DNA of 64,000 nt from Verrucomicrobiota bacterium (GTDB taxonomy: Bacteria; Verrucomicrobiota; Verrucomicrobiia; Verrucomicrobiales; Verrucomicrobiaceae), in contig JAPLUL010000057.1 of NCBI GenBank assembly GCA_026397635.1, forward strand, positions 7,665 to 71,664, read 5' to 3'. Shown here piece after piece: positions 26,921 to 35,664 of this stretch (position 1 is the stretch's first letter; every line of letters starts with the position of its first letter). The position numbers and the translations under genes were made by a program. The notes below the pieces were generated by a model. That model made no database searches and had not been told where the DNA came from. It worked only from the letters and a program-made list of their open reading frames with translations.

Positions 26921-28225
26921 TTAACCCCCATCCCGTAGCGCCACGGCCGGATCAACCCGCGCGGCAAACCATGCGGGCACCAGCGCGGCCAGGAGGCAGA
27001 GGGCGACGGCGGTGGTGCAGATGGTGAGGAGGTCAGCGAGATTGGTGTGAGCAGGGATGCTGGAGAGAAAGTAGATGTCCTGCGGGAAGATGTCGCGTCC
27101 GGTGAGGGCGGCGATTTGATCCCGCAGCCAGTTTCGGATGCCGAGGAAGAAGAAGCCGCCGCCGAGGCCGGCCACGACGCCGAAGAGGGCCACGATGCCG
27201 GCTTGAGACACGAAGATGGCGATGATTTGCCAAGCGCGAGTGCCCAGGGCAGTGAGGATGCCGATCTCGCGGCGTTTTTTCACGGTGACGGTGATGGTGG
27301 TGTTCATCACGCAGATGGCGGCCACGAGCATGATGAAGAGCAGGATGAACCACATCATGGTGCGCTGATTTTCGACGGACTCGAGCATGGGGCCATGCTC
27401 CTGCACCCAGGTGTTCCAGCCCCAGGTCTCTGGAATGCCGCCGGAGCGGTAGATCGCGTCCAGGATGGGTTCGGCGTTGTCAGCGTCCTTCAACTCCAGC
27501 TCGATGCCGCTGACGTTGCTGTCGAGGTTGAAAAACTCCTGCGCGATGTGCAGCGGCACATAACCACGCAGCCCGGCGGTGTCCGCCCGCAGCGTGGCCA
27601 CGAGGGTGAGGTCTTTGGATAGCACGGTGACGTTGTCGAGCGCCTCGGCGCGTTTTTTCTCCGCCGTGTCCTCGGGGATCTCGCGCACCTGCTGGATGAA
27701 CTGGTCCACGCTTTCGGCGGCATGCACGACGAGCGTGTCGCCGATCTTCGCGCCGATATCACGGGCGAATTTGTCGCTGAGGACGATGGAGTCGCCCTTG
27801 AGGTCGAACTTGCCCTCCTTGAGGTGTTTCTTGAGCTTTTGCAGCAGGGCGTTGTCCGCCTCATCCGCCATGCCGATGACCCTGACGCCTTGCAGACTGC
27901 TCTCGTTCTCGACAAAGACGACACCTTCCGCGATCGGCACGGCGGAGGCGACTTCGGGATGCGCGGCGAGCGTTTTCCGCACCTCGCGCCATTGGGAGGC
28001 GGCCGGATCGTCGCGCGAGTTCATGGGCTGCACCATGGCATGCGGCTCGAAGCCGATGAGCATCTGGCGGAACTCACGCTGCCAGCCGCTGAATACGGAC
28101 ATCACAAACACCAGCACGCCCACACCGAGCATGACGCCGAGCATCGAGATCACGGTGATGACCGAGATGAACGAACGCGTGGGCCGCAGGTAGCGGAGGG
28201 CGAGGAAGAGAGGGGCGCTGGACAT
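26921..28225 (-). CDS. LolC/LolE-family (MacB/FtsX) ABC permease
   Basis: LALRYLRPTRSFISVIT, KRREIGILTALG and PAWFAARVDPAVALR. Confidence 0.88.
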   Translation of the reverse strand: MSSAPLFLALRYLRPTRSFISVITVISMLGVMLGVGVLVFVMSVFSGWQREFRQMLIGFEPHAMVQPMNSRDDPAASQWREVRKTLAAHPEVASAVPIAEGVVFVENESSLQGVRVIGMADEADNALLQKLKKHLKEGKFDLKGDSIVLSDKFARDIGAKIGDTLVVHAAESVDQFIQQVREIPEDTAEKKRAEALDNVTVLSKDLTLVATLRADTAGLRGYVPLHIAQEFFNLDSNVSGIELELKDADNAEPILDAIYRSGGIPETWGWNTWVQEHGPMLESVENQRTMMWFILLFIMLVAAICVMNTTITVTVKKRREIGILTALGTRAWQIIAIFVSQAGIVALFGVVAGLGGGFFFLGIRNWLRDQIAALTGRDIFPQDIYFLSSIPAHTNLADLLTICTTAVALCLLAALVPAWFAARVDPAVALRDGG

Positions 28226-28280
28226 CGTGTTGGTTCGGCGTTTTTAGGCGGCAGGGAGCATGGCGGCCAGCACAGGCGGT

Positions 28281-28392
28281 AAATGACGAAGCACGAATGA
28301 CGAAGCACCACGAAGCGGCAACGAAGCGCGGTGAGTTTGGGACTGGGTCATTGGGATTTCGTTCGTCATTCGGATTTACTCATTCGTCATTC
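28281..28392. repeat. Heptamer tandem/inverted repeat element (AATGACG family)
   Basis: Left arm (AATGACGAAGCACG)x2; right arm TTCGTCATTC...CATTCGTCATTC. Confidence 0.85.
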
Positions 28393-28401
28393 CCGCCGGC
28401 C

Positions 28402-29700
28402 TCAGTCTCGCAAAGCCACCGCCGGGTCCACCCGCGCTGCCAGCCAAGCGGGCGGCAATGCGGCCAACAAACACAGGCTGATGGCACCCAGGCAGGTGGC
28501 GAGGATGAACCAGGGTTCGATTTGAGCGGGAATCGTCGCCAAAAACATGCCGGAGGAGGCATCGGCGTTGCCACCACTCAGGATGGCGATGCCCATGCGG
28601 ATGTCATCGCGCAGCCAGAGCACGAGGCCGCTCAGTCCGAGACCGGTCAAGGTGCCGAGCGTGCCCACAAAGGCCGCCTGCGCGACGAAGATGCCAATGA
28701 TCTGACTCTGCCGCGAACCCAGCGCGGTGAGCACGCCGATCTCGCGGCGTTTCTGCGTGGTCACGGTGATGGTGGTGTTCATGACGGAGAACGCGGCCAC
28801 GACGAAGATGATCATGAGCACGATGCCCATCATAACACGCTCGTTGCTCATGGCGGCGAGGCGCGCATCGCCCGCGTCCGTCCACAGCGAGGCGCTCCAG
28901 CCTGCGGGGATGATTCCAGCGGCGGTGAAGCGCTTGATGACCTCCTTCACCTCACCGGGCTGCTTCAATTCGATCAGGACGCCGTGGACATTCTCGCCGA
29001 GGCCAAAGATTTGCTGGGCGGTCTCAAGCGTGGTGTAGCCGTAGGCACCGGCCGTTTCAGAGCGGGTGTAGCCCTGGAGGATGATCTCCTGCGCGTGCAG
29101 CTTGATGTCCTTGTAGGCGGCGTGACGCTTGGCCTCGTCCTGCTCGTCTGAGGCGACGCGGAAGCGCTGCACGGCGCTGGTGACGTTCGAGGAGGCATAG
29201 ACGCTGATTTTGTCTCCGGGATGCGCGTCGAGCTGTCCCGCGATGTAATCCGGACAGACCACACCGCCGTGGCGCAGTTCCAGCGAACCCTCAAGGCGGT
29301 GCCGCGCGATCTTGGCCATGTAATCCTTGGCTCCGTCCTCCGGCAGTCCGATGACGTCCATGGCTGACTGCTGCCTCCCATGCTCCGCATAGATGAAGCC
29401 AAGGATGTAGCTGCTGGCAGCGAGCACGTCGGGCTGCGGCAGCACCTTGGCGAGCACCTCGGCGGCTGCCTTGGCCGTGGCAGGCTTCTTGCCCTGCGGG
29501 TGCAGCAGGATGTGCGGCTCCGAGCCGATGAGCGCCTGGCGAAACTCGCCCTCAAAGCCTTTCATCACCGAGCTGATGACGATCATGGCCGTCACGCCGA
29601 CCATGACTCCCAGGATGGAGATGACCGTGATCACCGAGACAAACGAACGCTTCGCGCGCAGGTAGCGTCGGGCGAGGAAGAAGGTGACGTTCGAGAGCAT
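28402..29700 (-). CDS. LolC/LolE-family ABC permease (paralogue)
   Basis: LARRYLRAKRSFVSVIT, KRREIGVLTALG and PAWLAARVDPAVALRD. Confidence 0.88.
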   Translation of the reverse strand: MLSNVTFFLARRYLRAKRSFVSVITVISILGVMVGVTAMIVISSVMKGFEGEFRQALIGSEPHILLHPQGKKPATAKAAAEVLAKVLPQPDVLAASSYILGFIYAEHGRQQSAMDVIGLPEDGAKDYMAKIARHRLEGSLELRHGGVVCPDYIAGQLDAHPGDKISVYASSNVTSAVQRFRVASDEQDEAKRHAAYKDIKLHAQEIILQGYTRSETAGAYGYTTLETAQQIFGLGENVHGVLIELKQPGEVKEVIKRFTAAGIIPAGWSASLWTDAGDARLAAMSNERVMMGIVLMIIFVVAAFSVMNTTITVTTQKRREIGVLTALGSRQSQIIGIFVAQAAFVGTLGTLTGLGLSGLVLWLRDDIRMGIAILSGGNADASSGMFLATIPAQIEPWFILATCLGAISLCLLAALPPAWLAARVDPAVALRD

Positions 29701-29872
29701 GGGGCGCATCAAAGCGCTGTGCGGTCGGGATTCGAGGGGAAAGTGAGGAATGAATGAGGTGGTGCCAAGGAACGGCGATTGGCGATCCCGGAGGGATCAG
29801 AGATGGTAGTCAGGAGCAAGTCTGCGCAGTATCCGACCACACCCGCACCATGCGGCGAAAGAAGCATGCCGG

Positions 29873-29986
29873 CTACTTTTTCACCACTGCTTCCACCCTG
29901 AACAAAGGCATAGATTTTTTCACGGACTGAGTGACGCCCCAGAGCAGCGGGGTGGAGACGATGATCCAGATGAGGACAGCTTTCAT
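29873..29986 (-). CDS. 37-aa single-TM small protein downstream of the MFS (MFS transporter small subunit-like)
   Basis: Hand translation: MKAVLIWIIVSTPLLWGVTQSVKKSMPLFRVEAVVKK. The ATG lies 9 nt after the MFS stop; the ORF is below the ORF-track cutoff. Confidence 0.7.
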   Translation of the reverse strand: MKAVLIWIIVSTPLLWGVTQSVKKSMPLFRVEAVVKK

Positions 29987-29995
29987 GGTGTGAAA

Positions 29996-31321
29996 TCAGG
30001 CGGTGGGCGTGTCTTTGACGTGGTATTTGGGATCAACCGGGCGGACGAGCAGATTGGCGATGAGGCCGATGCCAAGCAGGCCGCACATGAGGTAGAAGGT
30101 GTTGTTGTAGGCCTCTGCCTTTGGCACACCGGCGGCGACGCGGCTGGAATAGAGGCCATTGATGAGAAGCGGGCCGATCACCGCGGCCATGCTCCAGGAG
30201 GTGATGAGCCGTCCATGGATCGCGCCGACCTGATAGGTGCCGAACATGTCCTTCAAATATGCCGGGATGGTAGCGAAGCCGCCGCCATACATGCTGATGA
30301 TGAGCGCGGTGCAAATGACGAAGAGCGTGCGGTTCTGCGTCTCCTGCGTGTAGGGCAGGAGGGCGTAAAGCACGGCTCCGAGGATGAAATAGATGCAATA
30401 GACGGCCTTCCGCCCGGTGAAGTCGGAGATGGAGGACCACACGAAGCGCCCGCCCATGTTGAAGATGCTCAGCAGCCCGGTGAAGCCCGCGCCGATGGCC
30501 ACGCCGACGCCGAACATGTCCATGCACATGTCCGCCGCGCGTCCCAGCACGCCGATGCCAGCGCTGACGTTCATGCACAGCACGGTCCACAGCAGCCAAA
30601 ACTGCGGCGTCTTCCAAGCGGTGTCCACCGAGACGCTGGCGGTGGTGATCATGCCGTGGGAGGCAGCAGCTTTTGGTTCATAGCCCTCCGGCTGCCAGCC
30701 AGGAGCGGGAACGCGCACGATGAAGGCCCCAAACAGCATGAAGCAGGCATACAGCGCGGACATCGTCATCAGCGCCTTCATCGCCCCGGTGCCACCGCTT
30801 GGGGCGAAGTAGTTCATCAGTTCCTGCGCCAGCGGAGATCCAATCAGAGCCCCGCCACCGAAGCCCATGATGGCCATGCCCGTGGCCATGCCGGGACGGT
30901 CAGGGAACCACTTCACCAAAGTGGAGACGGGGGCGATGTAGCCGAGACCCAGACCGATGCCACCGACGAAGCCGTAGCCGCCCCAGATGAGCGCCAAAGA
31001 TTTGAGTTTTACGCCCAGCGCGGCGATCAGCAGGCCGCCGCAGAAGCAGCAGCAAGAGGCGATCATCGTCTTGCGTGGACCGCTGCGCTCCACCCATTTC
31101 CCAAATACCGCCGCCGAGATGCCCAGCATCGCCAGCGCGATCTGATAGGCGATGTTCACCCAAAAGACATCCTGGCCCAGTTCCGTGCCCAGGGGCTTGT
31201 TGAACACACTGAAGGCATACACCTGACCGATGCACATGTGAACCGCCACGGCGGCGGGAGGGACGAGCCAGCGGCTAAATCCAGGTTTGGCGACGGTGGC
31301 TTCGCGGGAGAGAAAACTCAT
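29996..31321 (-). CDS. OFA (oxalate/formate antiporter)-family MFS transporter
   Basis: GQVYAFSVF, GIGLGLGYIAPVSTLVKWFPDRPGMATGMAIMGFGGGA and YGGGFATIPAY. Confidence 0.92.
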   Translation of the reverse strand: MSFLSREATVAKPGFSRWLVPPAAVAVHMCIGQVYAFSVFNKPLGTELGQDVFWVNIAYQIALAMLGISAAVFGKWVERSGPRKTMIASCCCFCGGLLIAALGVKLKSLALIWGGYGFVGGIGLGLGYIAPVSTLVKWFPDRPGMATGMAIMGFGGGALIGSPLAQELMNYFAPSGGTGAMKALMTMSALYACFMLFGAFIVRVPAPGWQPEGYEPKAAASHGMITTASVSVDTAWKTPQFWLLWTVLCMNVSAGIGVLGRAADMCMDMFGVGVAIGAGFTGLLSIFNMGGRFVWSSISDFTGRKAVYCIYFILGAVLYALLPYTQETQNRTLFVICTALIISMYGGGFATIPAYLKDMFGTYQVGAIHGRLITSWSMAAVIGPLLINGLYSSRVAAGVPKAEAYNNTFYLMCGLLGIGLIANLLVRPVDPKYHVKDTPTA

Positions 31322-31480
31322 GTTGGTCGGGCGTGTCGGTTGGGCCGCGTGTTTTAGGGGGTCGGCAGGCGGAATGGCAAGGAAAAGATAAGAATCGACA
31401 ACAAACGCAGAGTTTCGTACGTTTTTTGAGGCAGCCCAGCAATTCCGCCTGGCTCCAAACATACCAAACATACTCAGTCG

Positions 31481-31666
31481 ATGAAAACTCTGCTCTCCAT
31501 CATTGCCCTCTCCTTCGCATCCGCCGGTCTGGCTGCTGCGGCTGACAAATGCCCCATCAGTGGCAAGCCTGCTGACTCCAGCATCACCAGCAAAGGCAAA
31601 GACGGCAAAACCGTCGCCTTCTGCTGCGAGAAGTGCAAAGCCAAGTTCGACGCCAAGAACAAGTAA
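31481..31666 (+). CDS. Small secreted YHS/TRASH-like cysteine protein
   Basis: Signal peptide, then CPISGKP...VAFCCEKCKAKF; followed by a strong terminator. Confidence 0.8.
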   Translation: MKTLLSIIALSFASAGLAAAADKCPISGKPADSSITSKGKDGKTVAFCCEKCKAKFDAKNK

Positions 31667-31698
31667 CTGGCCCTGCGCTGAATTCCTCAGCGTTTGAG

Positions 31699-31730
31699 AA
31701 GCGGAACCGGGCAACCGGTTCCGCTTTTTT
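31699..31730 (+). terminator. Rho-independent terminator (probably bidirectional)
   Basis: 10-bp stem GCGGAACCGG, GCAA loop, CCGGTTCCGC, then T6; lies between convergent genes. Confidence 0.9.
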
Positions 31731-32824
31731 CATCGCTTTTTGCCTGAGCGCTCCTGCAGAAACTTCTGGAAACCGATTTTCACAAATTCCGGGTCACGGG
31801 CGCGGATCATGGCGTCATCTAAAGTAATGAAGCCGTAACTGGCCAGATGCATGAGGCTGTCATCAATGGTGTGCATGCCGTCGATGCCGCCGATCTGGAT
31901 GAGATTCCCGAGCTGCGACAAACGGCGTGAGCGGATGCTGGAAGCGATGCCCTGGTTGACCACCATGATCTCAGAGGCCATCACGCGGCCTGGCTGGTCA
32001 TGGCGGGCGATGAGCGACTGGCAGATCACCCCTTTGAGCGAACTGGCGAGCTGCGAGGCTACGAAATCCTGCTGCTCTTCTGGGAATGCGTCGAGGATGC
32101 GTAATACGGTGCTGGGCGCGTCATGCGTGTGCAGGGTGCTGATGACGAGATGGCCCGTTTCCGCTGCGGTGAGCGCGGTGCGCATGGTCTCCAGGTCGCG
32201 CAGCTCACTGACGACGATGACATCCGCGTCCTGGCGCAGGGCGCTTTTGATGGCGGCGGCAAAGTTGTGCGTGTCCGCGCCGACTTGGCGTTGGCGCACG
32301 AGGCTTTTCTGGTGGGAGAACAAATACTCGATGGGGTCTTCGATGCTGACGATGTTCACCTGCCGGGTGCGGGTTATGTGCTGCGTTAGCGAGGCCAGGG
32401 TGGTCGTCTTGCCGCTGTTGCTGGTGCCGGTGACGAGGATCAGCCCGTCACGCAGCTCACTGAAGCCCTCGACCGCCGGGCCATGGCCCAGATCGCGCAG
32501 TTCCGGGATCTGCGCCGGGATGTAGCGGAAGGAGGCCTCAATGCGGCCCATCACATAGCAGGCATTGCCACGGAAACGACCGAGGTTCTCCACCTGGATG
32601 GCGAAGTCGAGTTCCCATTTCTGCTCCAGTTCCGCACGCTGGTTTTCCTTCAGCACGCCGAAGATCAGCTCGCGCAGGTCGATGATTTCCAAAACCTCAT
32701 CGGCTACCGGCGTGAGCACGCCGTTGATGCGGCCCATCGGCGGTGAGTTCGCGCTGATGTGCAGGTCGGAGCCGCCACGCTCGATGACCATGAAGAGATA
32801 TTCGATAAGATCGTGGTTACGCAT
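31730..32824 (-). CDS. pilT: PilT/PilU-family type IV pilus ATPase
   Basis: SDLHI, RFRGN, Walker A GTSNSGKTT, SIEDPIE, Walker B DVIVVSELRD, AETGHLVISTLH. Confidence 0.85.
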   Translation of the reverse strand: MRNHDLIEYLFMVIERGGSDLHISANSPPMGRINGVLTPVADEVLEIIDLRELIFGVLKENQRAELEQKWELDFAIQVENLGRFRGNACYVMGRIEASFRYIPAQIPELRDLGHGPAVEGFSELRDGLILVTGTSNSGKTTTLASLTQHITRTRQVNIVSIEDPIEYLFSHQKSLVRQRQVGADTHNFAAAIKSALRQDADVIVVSELRDLETMRTALTAAETGHLVISTLHTHDAPSTVLRILDAFPEEQQDFVASQLASSLKGVICQSLIARHDQPGRVMASEIMVVNQGIASSIRSRRLSQLGNLIQIGGIDGMHTIDDSLMHLASYGFITLDDAMIRARDPEFVKIGFQKFLQERSGKKR

Positions 32825-32832
32825 GGGAGGGA

Positions 32833-32930
32833 AAGTTGACGGTTGTTTTCAGAGGGGCGGTGAAGAGCGTTGTTTGGGGTTTGGAAGCCACGGTAAACCA
32901 TCGTCAACAACGGCAAACCACCGTCAACTT
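32833..32930. repeat. 16-bp inverted repeat (1 mismatch) with an internal direct repeat, between the pilT genes
   Basis: AAGTTGACGGTTGTTT (32833-48) versus AAACCACCGTCAACTT (32915-30); GG(T/C)AAACCA(T/C)CGTCAAC occurs twice with a 20-nt period. Confidence 0.8.
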
Positions 32931-33982
32931 CATGAAATGCCCCGCGCCGCGCGGCGGAACTCGGCCTCGTTGCCAGCGGCGGCGATGGCCGTCGCCTCGT
33001 CGATGACACCGGCTCCGAAGGCGGCCACGATGGACTGTAGGAAGGTGCGGCAGTTGGGGTCACCGGCGCGGGTCATGTATTCCGCGATGTCGGACACGGC
33101 ACGCCGTGCGATCCAGTCGCGCACCGCGCCGCCGTTTTGCAGGTGCTCCACCATCAGGGTGAGCCTACCGGTCACATCCGGCACCAGTTTTTGGCACAGC
33201 ACACCGAGGAGCTGGTGGGAGAGTAGATGCAGGCCGATACCGACTTGGTCGGCGGGGAACAAGTTCACAAAGCGCTCCATCGTGTCTGCCACGGTGGCGG
33301 AGTGCATGGAGGCGATGACGAGATGCCCCGTCTCGCAGGCTTGCAGCGCGGTGAAGGCAGTGTCGTGGTCGCGAATTTCCCCCACGAAGATCACATCCGG
33401 CGCTTGGCGCATGGCGGCGCGTAGGCCGCGGGTGAAGCTCGGCGTGTCGCGGCCCACCTCGCGCTGAGTGAACATGCTGCGGTTGTTGGTAAAGATGTAC
33501 TCCACCGGATCTTCGATCGTCACGATGTGGCGGGCCACGTTCGTGTTCATCCAGTGCAGCAGCCCGGCCAGCGTGGTGGATTTTCCCTGGCCGGTCGAGC
33601 CCGTGACCAACACCATGCCGTGCTCCTGCTGGCCCCAGCGGGTCAGCAGCCACTCGGGTGCACCCAGCGCACCCAGAGACGGCATGTCCGTGCGGATGCG
33701 CCGCAGCGTGGCGGCCAGTCTGCCCAGCACCCTGTGCAAATTCACCCGGAAGCGGATGCCGGAGCGCGAGATCATGCCCGTGTCCACATCCATGTCTTTC
33801 AGCGTGTCCCCTCCGCAGATCTGCCAGAGGCCAGCCATGTGCGGCAGTAGCAGTGGTTCGTCGCCAAAGATCATGAGCTGCTCGTTGATCTTCATTCGCG
33901 GCACCTCGCCTTCTTGGAGGAAAATGTCGCTCGCCTGATGCTCTTCGGCGGCTTGCAGGATGTCATCTACGGAAATGGCCAT
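32930..33982 (-). CDS. PilT/PilU-family type IV pilus ATPase
   Basis: GSTGQGKST, TIEDPVE, MRQAPDVIFVGEIRD and ETGHLV. Confidence 0.88.
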   Translation of the reverse strand: MAISVDDILQAAEEHQASDIFLQEGEVPRMKINEQLMIFGDEPLLLPHMAGLWQICGGDTLKDMDVDTGMISRSGIRFRVNLHRVLGRLAATLRRIRTDMPSLGALGAPEWLLTRWGQQEHGMVLVTGSTGQGKSTTLAGLLHWMNTNVARHIVTIEDPVEYIFTNNRSMFTQREVGRDTPSFTRGLRAAMRQAPDVIFVGEIRDHDTAFTALQACETGHLVIASMHSATVADTMERFVNLFPADQVGIGLHLLSHQLLGVLCQKLVPDVTGRLTLMVEHLQNGGAVRDWIARRAVSDIAEYMTRAGDPNCRTFLQSIVAAFGAGVIDEATAIAAAGNEAEFRRAARGIS

Positions 33983-34061
33983 GGCAGAAAACGCTAGCGG
34001 TGGCTTGCCTGCGGCTCAACCCCGTACTGCGTTTTTCGTTACTCGAAATCTGGCTGCGCCA

Positions 34062-34196
34062 GTCAAGCAGTCGTCAAGATCGTCAAGGAGTGGTCAAGGA
34101 GTGGCCAAGGAGTGGCCAAGGAGTGGCCAAGTGTCGTGCCGTGACCTGCTTGACCACCCTTTGACAATCTTGACCGGCGCAGCCTTGACCTCTCCA
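34062..34196. repeat. 11-mer tandem repeat with an inverted arm
   Basis: CAAGGAGTGG(T/C) x4 at 34084-34127, preceded by GTCAAG units; four (C/T)TTGAC units at 34149-34190. Confidence 0.9.
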
Positions 34197-34200
34197 CCCC

Positions 34201-35400
34201 TCACTCACCCGTCAGCAGCTTGCTGCAATACCACAGCATGCGCGGCAGATGAAACGGCCCCTTCCACAGGTTTCCCTTCAAAGTCACCGAGGGCGTGCCG
34301 TCGCGATGCAAATAACCAAACCACTCGCCGTGTTGCGGGTCCGGGAAGTGCGCGAAGCTCCAGTCATGCACCTGCTTGTGCCACTGCGCATACTTAGCGT
34401 CTCCGGTGATGTGCCAGGCCAGCAGCGTGGCGATGATCGCCTCGTTGTGCGGCCACCAGAACTTCATGTCGTGCCAGTATTCTTGCACCGGTTTGTGGAA
34501 GACATCGCGGAAGTAGAAAAGGCCGCCGAGTTCCGTGTCCCAGCCGCGCTGCCACATGCCGTCGAGGATCGCCAGACCGAGCTTGAGGTAGCTCTTCTCC
34601 CCGCGCCAGCGGCCCTCATGCAGGATGAACCATGCGCACTCCAGCGCATGGCCCGGATTCAGCGTCCTTCCGTCGAAATGGTCGATGATCGACCCGTCCG
34701 GCGAGACGATCTCCATGAGCGCCCCGAGGTCCGGTTTGAAAAAGAACTGCTGAATCTCCAGGATGAAACGGTCCACCCACTCTGAGCAGCTGTGGCCGGA
34801 AATCTTCACGTCGCCGAGATTCACGCGCAATTCCTGCGCCGTCGCGATGCCGATCATGAGTGCGCCGATGCCCATCATCGGCCGCGTGTTTGGCTCGATC
34901 TTCGGCTGCATCATCCCTTTCTCATAGGAGTGCTTCAAATACGTCGCGAAGTCCTTCTTTGCTCGTTCCGCATAGTTTTCATCGCCCGTCGCCTTCGCAT
35001 ACGCTGCATGCGCGATGGCGGAGAACGCCTCGCTGAACACATAGCGCCGCATGCGCAGTGGCTGCCCCTCCCGGGTCACGCTGAAGAAGAGCTTCCCATC
35101 CGTCGCGTAGCCGTGACGCTGGAGGAAGGCCAGGCACGATCCCGCCGCGTCCAGCCAGTCGCTGCGCTGCTCCACCGTGTTATAAAGCGTGGCGAAGGTC
35201 CAGGCCGCCCGTCCTTGGAACCAGAGGCTCTTGTCCGTGTCCAAAATCGACCCATCGCGATCCAGCGAGGTGATGATGCCGTCAAACTCACGATCCATGC
35301 CGTGCTTCAGCCAGAACGGCATCACATCGTGGAGCAACGTATCGCGGTAGAGCTTCCGCAGCTCCTTGCGATACCCTGGGTCGGTCAGATCGTGGTTCAT
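34201..35400 (-). CDS. N-acylglucosamine 2-epimerase (AGE family)
   Basis: KSLWFQGR, NPGHALE, KFWWPHNE and GPFHLPR motifs. Confidence 0.92.
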   Translation of the reverse strand: MNHDLTDPGYRKELRKLYRDTLLHDVMPFWLKHGMDREFDGIITSLDRDGSILDTDKSLWFQGRAAWTFATLYNTVEQRSDWLDAAGSCLAFLQRHGYATDGKLFFSVTREGQPLRMRRYVFSEAFSAIAHAAYAKATGDENYAERAKKDFATYLKHSYEKGMMQPKIEPNTRPMMGIGALMIGIATAQELRVNLGDVKISGHSCSEWVDRFILEIQQFFFKPDLGALMEIVSPDGSIIDHFDGRTLNPGHALECAWFILHEGRWRGEKSYLKLGLAILDGMWQRGWDTELGGLFYFRDVFHKPVQEYWHDMKFWWPHNEAIIATLLAWHITGDAKYAQWHKQVHDWSFAHFPDPQHGEWFGYLHRDGTPSVTLKGNLWKGPFHLPRMLWYCSKLLTGE

Positions 35401-35413
35401 CGCCAGACTTTTG

Positions 35414-35491
35414 AACCACTCATGGCCACTAATCCAACACTGATGGATCTGATTCAGGCATCAGTGTTCTATCAGTGTGTGATGAGTGGTT
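35414..35491. repeat. 10/11-mer tandem/inverted repeat hairpin (CACTGAT family)
   Basis: AACCACTCAT pairs with ATGAGTGGTT and AACACTGAT pairs with ATCAGTGTT. Confidence 0.85.
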
Positions 35492-35664
35492 TAAAAATCT
35501 GAATCCGCCAGGCATGCAGGCACAGCGGTGGATCGTCCACGGCGAGGGCTGACGTCTCGCCGATCTCGCCATCGGCCAGATAGGCGGCGTCACCGGTGAT
35601 CGGCCTTGCTTGGATCAACGTGCGTGGCCGCTGGCTGAAGTTTCGCCGGGTGAGTGACTCAAGA

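Noticed and set aside
29785-29800. GATCC-CGGAG-GGATC palindrome
   Set aside because: A single short palindrome; it may belong to a REP family, but no second copy was seen in the window.
29990-31357. 455-aa plus-strand ORF
   Set aside because: Antisense shadow of the MFS transporter.
31453-31472. CCAAACATA x2 upstream of the small Cys protein
   Set aside because: Only two copies of 9 nt; it could be an operator but cannot be told from chance.
34084-34127. Repeat array considered as CRISPR
   Set aside because: The units are 11 nt and contiguous, with no spacers and no cas genes in the window.
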